A stretch of DNA of 64,000 bases from Oscillospiraceae bacterium (GCA_015068035.1 SVLI01000007.1:31176-95175), one strand, 5' to 3'. Counted from the first letter of the stretch, positions 44,551-52,528 are shown. Translations and numbers: made by a program. The notes: generated by a model not told the origin, from the letters alone.

Positions 44551-44584
44551 AAAAAGCTTCGGGCATTGAGCCCGAAGCTTTTTC
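44551..44584. terminator. Bidirectional intrinsic terminator
   Basis: The stem is aaaaagcttcgggc / gcccgaagcttttt, with A and T runs on both sides. Confidence 0.85.
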
Positions 44585-44607
44585 TGCTGATTCAAGTCAA
44601 ATCCGTC

Positions 44608-45909
44608 TCATGATCCGGAATATTCACTGTAGACTTCCGAAAGCGCAACGCCGTTTTCCTTTGCAAGTGCTGCAGCGCTGTCAAATTCCGCTTTCTCCCG
44701 GGAAACACCCCAGCCCTCGGCACGTTTGGTGCGGAGCGTGCCGAATTTCGTCTCCACGCTGCCCGCCGACGGCGTGAGGAAATATTTGCCGCAGCGGCGC
44801 ACACGCAGGCCGATGGTGCTGGTGTTCTCAAAAATCGCGCGTGCAAGCGCCTCCTCGTCCTCCGGCGCACAAAGCACCGTCAACACATGCCCCGGTCTTC
44901 CCTTTTTCATCGTTCCGGGCTGGAGGTACACATCCAGCGCGCCGCGCTCCAGCAGCACAGTCTGCGCGAAAGCAAGCGACTCGGGCGTCATGTCGTCCAG
45001 ATTACAGACGAGCTCTGTAATCTCGCCGCGCTGCCCACCGCGCTGCTCGCCGAGCGTTGCGCGCAGGCAGTTCGCTTCCGCAAACTCCCGTTTGCCGAGC
45101 CCTGTTCCGATCTGCTGCGGAATCATGTCGGGCTGCGCACCGAATTCCTGCACGAGTTCCGCAAGCAAAGCAGCGCCTGTCGGCGTGCAAAGCTCGCCCT
45201 GAATCTCGCCGCCGTAGCAAGGCAGACCCAGCAGCAACTGCGCCGTTGCGGGCGCAGGAACGGGCAGAAGCCCGTGTGCACACCGAACCTGTCCCGTACC
45301 GAGCCGGATCGGCGAGCAGACGATCTTCTCCACGCCGAGCATTTCCGTCAGCAGGCAGACCCCGACGACATCCGCGAGCGCATCCAGCGAGCCAAGCTCG
45401 TGAAAATGAATGTGTCCAATCTCCGTCCCATGCACCTTGGCCTCTGCCTCCGCAATGCGGTGATAGACCTTTTTGGCCCGCGCGAGAACTGCCTCCGGCA
45501 GCGCAAGCGTATCAAGCAGACGGAAAATCTCCTCCGGCGACATGCCGTGGTGGTGATGGTGATCGTGATGATCGTGGTGCTCATGATGCCCATGATGGTC
45601 ATGGTCGTGGTCATGTCCATGATCGTGATCATGGTGGCTGTGATGGTCATGGTCTTCGTGGTGCTCATGGTGGCCGTGACCGGTTTGCACAGGATGGTCT
45701 TCCTCCTCCGCGCCGTGAAAACGCAGCTTCATGCGCGTTCCCGCAATGCTGCGGGAAGTGCCTTTTTCCGCCTCGACAGTCAGCCCCGGAATGCCGGCGC
45801 CGTGCATGGCGTCCAGAAAAGCGCTGCCATCCGGCAGCAGCTCATAAAGCGCGGCCATCAGCATATCGCCGGCAGCACCCATGCCGCAGTCCAAATAAAT
45901 CAGTTTCAT
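44608..45909 (-). CDS. larC: Nickel-pincer cofactor biosynthesis protein LarC (nickel insertion)
   Basis: MKLIYLDCGMGAAGDM is at the N-terminus. An internal tract of about 45 aa is His/Asp-rich. It is a single uninterrupted ORF. Confidence 0.88.
   Translation of the reverse strand: MKLIYLDCGMGAAGDMLMAALYELLPDGSAFLDAMHGAGIPGLTVEAEKGTSRSIAGTRMKLRFHGAEEEDHPVQTGHGHHEHHEDHDHHSHHDHDHGHDHDHDHHGHHEHHDHHDHHHHHGMSPEEIFRLLDTLALPEAVLARAKKVYHRIAEAEAKVHGTEIGHIHFHELGSLDALADVVGVCLLTEMLGVEKIVCSPIRLGTGQVRCAHGLLPVPAPATAQLLLGLPCYGGEIQGELCTPTGAALLAELVQEFGAQPDMIPQQIGTGLGKREFAEANCLRATLGEQRGGQRGEITELVCNLDDMTPESLAFAQTVLLERGALDVYLQPGTMKKGRPGHVLTVLCAPEDEEALARAIFENTSTIGLRVRRCGKYFLTPSAGSVETKFGTLRTKRAEGWGVSREKAEFDSAAALAKENGVALSEVYSEYSGS
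45544..45680 (-). repeat. Low-complexity His/Asp codon tract inside larC
   Basis: The plus strand is a run of gtg/atg/gtc triplets. It encodes HGHHEHHEDHDHHSHHDHDHGHDHDHDHHGHHEHHDHHDHHHHHG. Confidence 0.9.
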
Positions 45910-46682
45910 TCCTCTGCCCCCTGTTCGTCCGCCGGACTTTCCATCCGGTTGATGCGGTTTGCAAGGAATCCGGCGCCGAAGCCGTTATCAATGTTGACAA
46001 CGCAGCTTCCCGAAGCGCAGGAGTTGAGCATCGCCAAAAGCGCTGCAACGCCGCCGAAGCTCGCCCCGTAGCCGATACTCGTCGGCACCGCGATCAGCGG
46101 GCAATCCGTCAGCCCCCCCACGACGGAGGCCAGCGCGCCCTCCATGCCCGCAACGGCAATGATCACGCGCGCGTTCATCAGCTTATCCGTATTGGCCAGC
46201 AGCCTGTGGATGCCGGAAACGCCGACATCGTAAAGCCGCGTCACCCGGCTGCCGAGGGTCTCCGCCGTGATGGCGGCCTCCTCCGCAACGGGTATATCAC
46301 TCGTTCCGCCGGTTGCGATCACAACATTGCCAACGCCTTTGACCGGCTTCGGATACGCCACGCCGATTTTGGCATCGGCATGATAGCAAAGCTCAACCTG
46401 GGAGGCAACGCTTGCCGCCGCATCCGCGCTCAGGCGTGTGATGAGAATATTGTCGTTTCCGGCCTCATGCAGAACGCGGACGATGCCCACGATCTGTTCC
46501 GGCGTTTTCCCCGCGCCGTAGATAACCTCCGCCCGGCCCTGTCGCAGACTGCGGTGGAGATCCACCTTGGCGTAGCCAAGCTCCTCAAACGGCTCCATGC
46601 GCAGGGAGAGCAGCGCATCCTCCGGCGTGACCGAGCCGGAGGCAACCTCCTGCAGCAGACGCAAGGTCTGTTCATTGTGCAT
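45906..46682 (-). CDS. larB: Nickel-pincer cofactor biosynthesis protein LarB (PurE-like carboxylase/hydrolase)
   Basis: ORF 45906..46862. The ATG at 46682 lies 8 nt after GGAGGAC and 5 nt after the upstream stop. GYAKVDLHR..RQGRAEVIYGAGKTPEQI and AVAGMEGALASVVGG are present. Confidence 0.88.
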   Translation of the reverse strand: MHNEQTLRLLQEVASGSVTPEDALLSLRMEPFEELGYAKVDLHRSLRQGRAEVIYGAGKTPEQIVGIVRVLHEAGNDNILITRLSADAAASVASQVELCYHADAKIGVAYPKPVKGVGNVVIATGGTSDIPVAEEAAITAETLGSRVTRLYDVGVSGIHRLLANTDKLMNARVIIAVAGMEGALASVVGGLTDCPLIAVPTSIGYGASFGGVAALLAMLNSCASGSCVVNIDNGFGAGFLANRINRMESPADEQGAEE

Positions 46683-46687
46683 AAAAC

Positions 46688-47581
46688 TCAGTCCTCCTGT
46701 CTCTCCATTGTCGCCACGATGCGGGAAAAGCTTTCCGATATGTACCCAAAGCTGTTGCGCTGGTGCGGAAGCAGGCATTTGCTGCAGTCCTTGAGTCCGG
46801 AATCCGTCTTGGAGAAGTTCCCGCCGCATTTGTCGCCGAGCACGTAGAGCGGGCAGTAGCAAAACATGCAGTTAAAATTGTCCGGGTCATCCGTCTTGTG
46901 GCAGGGGAAAAATTCACATTCCTTGTGGCTGAAGAAAGAATAGTGCTTTGTCTTCCAATCCTCCTGACTGGACGCAGCCACGCTGCGCAGCGCGCGCACG
47001 GCGGGCAGGCGGGTATAAGACGCGGGGCGCAGGCCCTCATAACTGATCGCATAGCCACAGCCGGGAGACGGCTGCCAGGAATAACGGTTCTTGCCCTCGC
47101 CGGGGAAGAGATGCGCCATGATCGCCGCGATCACGCCGCCGTGCGTGACAACAATCGCGTTTCCGGCCGCGCCGGCAAGCGCCGTAAAGGCCGCGATCGC
47201 GCGCTTTTTCAGCTCCACGCCGCTCTCTCCGTTCGGGCAGACATTCGCCTCGTTATCGCCGCTCAGCCACGCAGAAAATGCAGCGTCATCCTTGAGTTCC
47301 TCATAGGAATGCATCTCAAAATCGCCGAAATTCATCTCTCTGAGCGCCGGCAGCTTTTCATGCGGTTGTTTGCCCCAGATCAGCTTAAGCGTCTGCTCTG
47401 CGCAGAGCATCCCGCTGGTATAAATGCGGCAGTTTTCCGCGGATGGATAGCTGAATTCCTCCGCCGCCTTGCGCAGCTCGGCAGCGCCGGATTTTGTCAG
47501 CGGCAGATCCGTCGCGCCGCAGTAAAGCCTGTGCTTGTCCGCGCGCGTCCAGCCATGCCGGATCAGATAGATTTTCTTCAT
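46688..47581 (-). CDS. Fusion: histidine-phosphatase (CobC/alpha-ribazole-phosphatase-like) domain plus C-terminal cysteine-rich small domain
   Basis: The N-terminal part has IYLIRHGWT...THGGVI. The C-terminal part is HKECEFFPCHKTDDPDNFNCMFCYCPLYVLGDKCGGNF...CSKCLLPH. The start at 47581 lies downstream of a mapped promoter. Confidence 0.8.
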   Translation of the reverse strand: MKKIYLIRHGWTRADKHRLYCGATDLPLTKSGAAELRKAAEEFSYPSAENCRIYTSGMLCAEQTLKLIWGKQPHEKLPALREMNFGDFEMHSYEELKDDAAFSAWLSGDNEANVCPNGESGVELKKRAIAAFTALAGAAGNAIVVTHGGVIAAIMAHLFPGEGKNRYSWQPSPGCGYAISYEGLRPASYTRLPAVRALRSVAASSQEDWKTKHYSFFSHKECEFFPCHKTDDPDNFNCMFCYCPLYVLGDKCGGNFSKTDSGLKDCSKCLLPHQRNSFGYISESFSRIVATMERQED

Positions 47582-47629
47582 GAAACACCCTCGCCTCCCG
47601 GTATTAGGAGCATACTTTTCTAACTGTAT

Positions 47630-47659
47630 ATTGTAACATTTCCTTATACGTTTTGTCAA
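47630..47659 (-). promoter_or_regulatory. Putative sigma-A promoter of the phosphatase-larB-larC operon
   Basis: On the minus strand the sequence reads TTGACA, then 18 nt, then TACAAT. Confidence 0.6.
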
Positions 47660-47703
47660 TTTCCGCCGCCCGGCTTCGGTGCAAAGAAAGGCCGGGCAAA
47701 TTA

Positions 47704-47732
47704 TTGCCCGGCGCGCGTTTGTATGCTAAAAT
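47704..47732 (+). promoter_or_regulatory. Putative sigma-A promoter (extended -10) for grpB-like gene
   Basis: TTGCCC, then 17 nt, then TAAAAT preceded by TGC. Confidence 0.5.
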
Positions 47733-47774
47733 ATTTGTATGCAATTCATGCTCCGGAACTTGGCGGTGGTTTAT

Positions 47775-48290
47775 ATGCGAACAGCAAACGTGATCGTCCT
47801 GCCTTACGACAGCGCATGGGCAGGCGCATTCGGGAAAATCAAAAAAGAGCTTGAAAGCGCGATCGGTGATTTGATTGTCGGGATCGAGCACGTCGGCAGC
47901 ACTGCGGTTGAAGGACTTTCTGCTAAACCGTGCATCGATATTGATGTAGTAATGAAAGATTATTCGGTATTTGAGACTATTGTCTCAAGATTGGAAACGA
48001 TTGGATATTTACATGAAGGCGACCTCGGAATCAAGGACAGAGAGGCATTTAAGTATTGGCACAAACCTCATTTGCAGACGCACCATTTGTATGTATGCCC
48101 ACAATATTCTGAGGAATTGCGCCGCCATATTACATTTCGGAATTTTTTGCGGAATAACCGCGAAGCGATCCGAAAATACAGTCTGGTGAAGGAAAAAGCG
48201 GCAAAGCTTTTCCCAAACGATATAGAGAAATACATGGAATACAAATCAGCTTGCATCGAAGAATTCTATGCGCAGTGCGGTTTGATGTGA
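47775..48290 (+). CDS. GrpB-family protein
   Basis: VLPYDSAWAGAFGKIKKEL...IEHVGSTAVEGLSAKPCIDIDVV is present. The ATG at 47775 follows GGTGG. Confidence 0.8.
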   Translation: MRTANVIVLPYDSAWAGAFGKIKKELESAIGDLIVGIEHVGSTAVEGLSAKPCIDIDVVMKDYSVFETIVSRLETIGYLHEGDLGIKDREAFKYWHKPHLQTHHLYVCPQYSEELRRHITFRNFLRNNREAIRKYSLVKEKAAKLFPNDIEKYMEYKSACIEEFYAQCGLM

Positions 48291-48326
48291 TTTGGCAAAT
48301 CCGAATTTGACAAAGGAGGTTTTCCG

Positions 48327-48569
48327 GTGATTCATCTTCTCAACAGAAAGGCCCTGATCACAACGCTTTCCGACCGGGAACTGTTTCGCATTCAATCTGC
48401 GTTAACCGATGCCAAAATCCCGCATTTCGCAAAGCCCGGCGCACCCGCTTTTTCCGCCGGTCGCTACCGCGCATCCCCTTTTCTCAAACACGATGCCGTC
48501 CCCACGGTAATCTACGTAAAAGCCACCGACTATGACCTCGCCAAAGCGGCCATTCAAGCGGTTTTGTAA
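48327..48569 (+). CDS. Hypothetical small protein
   Basis: 80 aa with a GTG start after AAAGGAGG. I recognise no family. Confidence 0.5.
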   Translation: MIHLLNRKALITTLSDRELFRIQSALTDAKIPHFAKPGAPAFSAGRYRASPFLKHDAVPTVIYVKATDYDLAKAAIQAVL

Positions 48570-48711
48570 GGTAAGGGCGCTTGCCGAACACGGCGCGCAG
48601 CCATATCTTCCCGCAGAACGCCTGCTCCGTTCCCTGTCCGGAGTTGGGAAGACAGAAAGAATGCGCCGAACAGACCCGCAGCATACAAACGCATATGCCT
48701 TGGGGAAACAA

Positions 48712-48743
48712 AAACGGGAGCGGACTTACGTCCGCTCCCGTTT
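48712..48743 (-). terminator. Intrinsic terminator
   Basis: A 14-bp stem (aaacgggagcggac / gtccgctcccgttt) is followed on the minus strand by tttttgttt. Confidence 0.85.
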
Positions 48744-48745
48744 CC

Positions 48746-48952
48746 TTATCCGTTATACTGGATTATTGCTGCGACAATTACAAAAACCACAATTGCAATG
48801 GCTGCGATGATCATAACCGCGCCTTTGGCTTGTTTTTTTGCGTACTCATCCTGCTGTTTGCTTGGTTGTTTACCCGCAACTGCGCAGCCGCACTTGGGGC
48901 ATATGACCGCCTCATCCAGCAATTGATTGCCACACTTTTCACAGTATTTCAT
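48746..48952 (-). CDS. Zinc-ribbon plus single-TM small protein
   Basis: MKYCEKCGNQLLDEAVICPKCGCAV is followed by a C-terminal hydrophobic helix. Confidence 0.75.
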   Translation of the reverse strand: MKYCEKCGNQLLDEAVICPKCGCAVAGKQPSKQQDEYAKKQAKGAVMIIAAIAIVVFVIVAAIIQYNG

Positions 48953-48964
48953 ATCGACTTCTCC

Positions 48965-49249
48965 TTAGATTGACAGCGCCACTATAAGAACCAGATTGAT
49001 AACAAAACCGACCAATGCAAATATACCAATTTGCTTTGCCTTGCGTGGTGTTCTCCCCTGCATCGTGCAAAACATAATCAAACCGGCCAAAGGAATAAAA
49101 AATGACAGGATATTCAAACCGCCGTTTGGCACATCATCGCCGGCGATGGCACCTTTTATACTATTGGCGCCATTGACTGCGCAACCGCAATTCATGCAAA
49201 CGACAGCTTCGTCCATCAGTTCCTTTCCGCAATGCGTGCAATATTTCAT
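48965..49249 (-). CDS. Zinc-ribbon plus two-TM small protein (paralogue of the neighbour)
   Basis: MKYCTHCGKELMDEAVVCMNCGCAV is followed by two hydrophobic helices. Confidence 0.75.
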   Translation of the reverse strand: MKYCTHCGKELMDEAVVCMNCGCAVNGANSIKGAIAGDDVPNGGLNILSFFIPLAGLIMFCTMQGRTPRKAKQIGIFALVGFVINLVLIVALSI

Positions 49250-49269
49250 ACAATCGCTCCAAACACAGG

Positions 49270-49605
49270 TCAGTCCATATCAACGTCAACGGAAGCCTTT
49301 TCGGTTTCGGGATTGTAAGTTCCCGTTCCCGTAAACTTTCCGTTCACGGTTTCGCTAAACTCATTTTTTGCAGAGTATGTGCCGTAGAACTCGAACTCGT
49401 TTTCACCGACTTCTTCAATGGACGTGATTTGAACGCTCGGCAATCCCTTGCATCCGCTTGCAGTAAGCGTGAATTGGACATCCCATTCGGCTGCATCAAC
49501 AACTGCCTCTTTGGGTGTCATTTTGTCAGGGGTGTCCTTGCCACCGCAGGCGCAAAGGGACAAGCACAGCACGAGGGTCAAAATCAGAGAAACTGCTTTT
49601 TTCAT
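49270..49605 (-). CDS. Small lipoprotein
   Basis: MKKAVSLILTLVLCLSLCACGG carries a lipobox (L-C-A-C). The ATG at 49605 follows AGGAAG. Confidence 0.75.
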   Translation of the reverse strand: MKKAVSLILTLVLCLSLCACGGKDTPDKMTPKEAVVDAAEWDVQFTLTASGCKGLPSVQITSIEEVGENEFEFYGTYSAKNEFSETVNGKFTGTGTYNPETEKASVDVDMD

Positions 49606-49844
49606 TGTTGCTTCCTTCTTTCTCACTCATCAATATAAAGCATCACCGCATTCATGCCGACGGAATTTGCATTTTTAACAAATTCCGGGCACAAACGCAA
49701 AAGGGTATGCTCCCCCTGCGACGATGCTTCATCTTTATTCGATTGGTTTGATATCCTGATTCTACCACGACTGTCACGCGAATTCAATATCGCACAGAAC
49801 GAAAACATCTGTTCTCGTTTTCATCCACCCACCACAATGCAGAA

Positions 49845-49879
49845 AACCCTGTGCAGCATTCTGCGCGCTGCACAGGGTT
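49845..49879 (-). terminator. Intrinsic terminator of the SLH-esterase gene
   Basis: A 13-bp stem (aaccctgtgcagc / gctgcacagggtt) is followed on the minus strand by ttttct. Confidence 0.8.
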
Positions 49880-49953
49880 CATCTTTTACATTCCGTTAAG
49901 AACTCCGCTGTAACTCAGCGGCAGGGCCTATGACTCTAACGCCAAAAGGCGGC

Positions 49954-51444
49954 TTACACAACGTGCGTTTTCAGATAATTCTTGATCATGGCGTACTGCG
50001 GAGCAAGAATGTGGAGGCCGTCCGCCAAAGCGTGATCTTCGGGCAGATAACCGTCCTCACCGACAAGTATGCTGAACACATCAAGCAGATAGACCTTCTC
50101 GCTCGCCGAAATTGCGGCAAGCCGCTCATTGTAGGCACGGATGTTTTGCAGATTGAAGATCTCGCTATCCTCGCTGCACTTTTCCGTAACGGGCGGAATG
50201 TTGATCAGATAGATCTGCGCGCCCGGCTGCGTCTCCCGCACGAGGGCAATGAGCTGCTTCATATAGGACGCAAAACTGTTGATATGCTCCGGCTTCGGGC
50301 CAAGGTCATTTGTGCCGAGCATGATGTAGACCTTGTTGTAGCTGGCTTCCCGCTCCTGCAAAATATCCTCAATGTTTCCGCGCACGGGAACCTCTTCCCC
50401 GTCCTCGTCCGTGGTCATCTCTTCAAGGTCGAAGTAGTCAAATTTGAACAGGCCCGCGGCAGAGGCTCCGTTGACCGCAAGGAAATCCGCATTCGGCAGG
50501 TTGAAGTAATTCGACATGCCGACAACCATAGAATGGCCAATGAAGCAGCTACCCGCAAACCAACCGTCGGAAACCGCGCTGCTCTCCGGAATCGGAACGC
50601 CGTACTGCACGCCGACATTGGGAAGCGCACTCTGTCCGACTGTGTTGATAAACCGCATCAGCAGCATAGCAACCTGCGCACGCGTGGCCTGGCCCTGCGG
50701 CGCAAAGTGCGTTGCATCCATGCCGGTGATGATGCCCGCATCGCGCATCGTATACACTGCGGTCTTCGCCCAGCCGCTGATTTCGGCATCGTCTGCAAAT
50801 TTGCCCGCGTTCTGGATGCGCTGCAACGGCACGTCAAAACGCTTTGCAAAGTTATAAAAGATGGCGCAGAGCTGCTCGCGGGTGATGGACATATCCGGCG
50901 CGAAGATACCGTTTCCCATGCCGCTGACGATACCTTCCCGCGCTGCCCACTCAATATAGGGCGTGTAGTACATAGCCCGCGGAACGTCCGAAAATGTCCC
51001 GTTCGTTTTCGTCATCAGGTCGTTGCGGACATAACCGGTCAGGCCGTTTGCACGGATTCTGTACCAGTTGTTTTCCGTTCCTAAAATCTCCACGCTCGTG
51101 CCGCTGTTAAGCACGGCAAGAATTTGCGAGTTCGTGTTCGATTCCGCGCGGAAATTCACGCCGTTCTTGGTGATCATGCCGCTGTCTGTAAGCGCATTCG
51201 AGACGTTGGAAATGCGCCCAAGCACCGTCACCACCATCCCGCGCGTCATGGTGATATCGGGGCCGAATTCCGTTTCCGTCACGCCCACGTAATAGCCGCG
51301 CTGGGTCACGAACGCAACCGCTTCGCTAAACCACATGCCGTCCGGCACATCCGTAAAGCGTCCCGCAGCATACGCAGCAGGCACGAGGGCAAGCAGCATC
51401 GTGACGGCCAAAAGAAGCCCCAAAAATTTTTTCAAGCACCGCAC
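49954..51444 (-). CDS. Secreted cell-wall-anchored SGNH/GDSL esterase with SLH and SH3b domains
   Basis: The signal peptide is ...LVPAAYA|AG. SLH-type segments are FTDVPDGMWFSEAV and FSDVPRAMYYTPYIEWA. An SH3b-like segment is VNFRAESNTNSQILAVLNSGTSVEILG..NWYRI. The C-terminal part has FIGHSMV...GTND...DGLH. Confidence 0.8.
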   Translation of the reverse strand: MRCLKKFLGLLLAVTMLLALVPAAYAAGRFTDVPDGMWFSEAVAFVTQRGYYVGVTETEFGPDITMTRGMVVTVLGRISNVSNALTDSGMITKNGVNFRAESNTNSQILAVLNSGTSVEILGTENNWYRIRANGLTGYVRNDLMTKTNGTFSDVPRAMYYTPYIEWAAREGIVSGMGNGIFAPDMSITREQLCAIFYNFAKRFDVPLQRIQNAGKFADDAEISGWAKTAVYTMRDAGIITGMDATHFAPQGQATRAQVAMLLMRFINTVGQSALPNVGVQYGVPIPESSAVSDGWFAGSCFIGHSMVVGMSNYFNLPNADFLAVNGASAAGLFKFDYFDLEEMTTDEDGEEVPVRGNIEDILQEREASYNKVYIMLGTNDLGPKPEHINSFASYMKQLIALVRETQPGAQIYLINIPPVTEKCSEDSEIFNLQNIRAYNERLAAISASEKVYLLDVFSILVGEDGYLPEDHALADGLHILAPQYAMIKNYLKTHVV

Positions 51445-51541
51445 CTCTCTTTCTTCAAAGAAAGCTTTTGCGCATTATATTATAGCGAATACGTGCTTCG
51501 TTGTCAAACTTGCTGCCTTTTTGTCACATTTTCCGCCATTT

Positions 51542-52327
51542 TCAGGCATCCGATATGCTGCGTTTGATCTGCGCGATGGCGTTCTTTTCCAGCCGTGACA
51601 CCTGCGCCTGACTGATGCCGACCTCCGAGGCAACCTCCATCTGCGTCTTGCCGTCATAGTAGCGCAGGGCGAGGATGCGCTTTTCACGCGCACCCAAGTT
51701 TTCCACCGCGTCGGAGATTGCCAGCCGCTCCAGCCAGCTCTCGTCGGAGTTGTTTGGATCGCGGATCTGATCCATCACGCAGATGCTCTCCCCGCCGTCG
51801 CTGTAAACCGGCTCGTAAAGGCTCACGGGATCGCTGATGGCGTCCATGGCAAAGACGATCTCCTCGCGCCGGATCTGCAGCCGCTCGGCCAGCTCCTCCA
51901 CGCTCGGCTCGCGCCCCAGCTCCCCGGTCGCCTTCTCCTTCGCCTGCAGCACACGGTAAGCCGTATCCCGGATGCTGCGGCTGACGCGGATGGCGCTGTT
52001 ATCGCGCAGGTAGCGCCGGATCTCGCCCGCGATCATGGGCACACCGTAGGTGGAAAAGCGCACCGGCTGCGTAACATCAAAGTGGTCAATGGCTTTGATC
52101 AGACCGATGCAGCCCACCTGAAACAGATCGTCCATATTCTCCCCTCGTCCGGAAAACTTTTGGATCACGGACAGCACCAGGCGCAGATTCCCGTTGATGA
52201 GTTCCTGCCGCGCCTGCTCATCTCCGCTACGCGCACGCGCAAGAAGCTGCCGCATCTCATCGCTGTGCAAAACCGGAAGTCTGGCCGTGTTGACGCCGCA
52301 AATCTCCACTTTGCCGCTGCCTGCCAT
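51542..52327 (-). CDS. sigG: RNA polymerase sporulation sigma factor SigG
   Basis: KVEICGVNTARLPVL, GNLRLVLSVIQKF, DDLFQVGCIGLIKAIDHFD and GEIRRYLRDNSAIRVSRS are near-identical in pattern to B. subtilis SigG. The ATG is at 52327. Confidence 0.9.
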   Translation of the reverse strand: MAGSGKVEICGVNTARLPVLHSDEMRQLLARARSGDEQARQELINGNLRLVLSVIQKFSGRGENMDDLFQVGCIGLIKAIDHFDVTQPVRFSTYGVPMIAGEIRRYLRDNSAIRVSRSIRDTAYRVLQAKEKATGELGREPSVEELAERLQIRREEIVFAMDAISDPVSLYEPVYSDGGESICVMDQIRDPNNSDESWLERLAISDAVENLGAREKRILALRYYDGKTQMEVASEVGISQAQVSRLEKNAIAQIKRSISDA

Positions 52328-52528
52328 AGAATGCACCTCTCTCTTTTTCGCCGCCTTTTCCGGGGTGAGGCGGGCTATGTAGCGCTTCGGCAGACGAGTA
52401 GTATTATTTCCGATCCGGTTGGAAATAACGCACATTGTAAACATTTTTCTTTTTTTGCGAAAAACTCTTTCAAAATCTGTTAATTTATATTAGAATAGCA
52501 GGGAACATGTTTTTTGGAGGAATCTAAA

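Noticed and set aside
45544-45680. Short-period DNA repeat that might be taken for a tandem repeat or CRISPR-like array
   Set aside because: It is simply the CAC/CAT/GAC/GAT codon run for the His/Asp tract of LarC. It has no spacers and no repeat-spacer periodicity.
44608-45909. Programmed frameshift in larC (larC1/larC2, as in Lactobacillus plantarum)
   Set aside because: Here larC is one continuous 433-codon ORF, so no frameshift is needed.
45057-46847. 596-aa plus-strand ORF across larC/larB
   Set aside because: It is antisense to two genes with recognisable Lar motifs. Its product is Arg/Pro/Ala-rich junk.
47582-47659. N-terminal 26-aa extension of the phosphatase fusion ORF (track start at 47659)
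   Set aside because: The extension contains the promoter hexamers (47630-47659) predicted for the same gene. MKKIYLIRHG at 47581 is the canonical histidine-phosphatase N-terminus.
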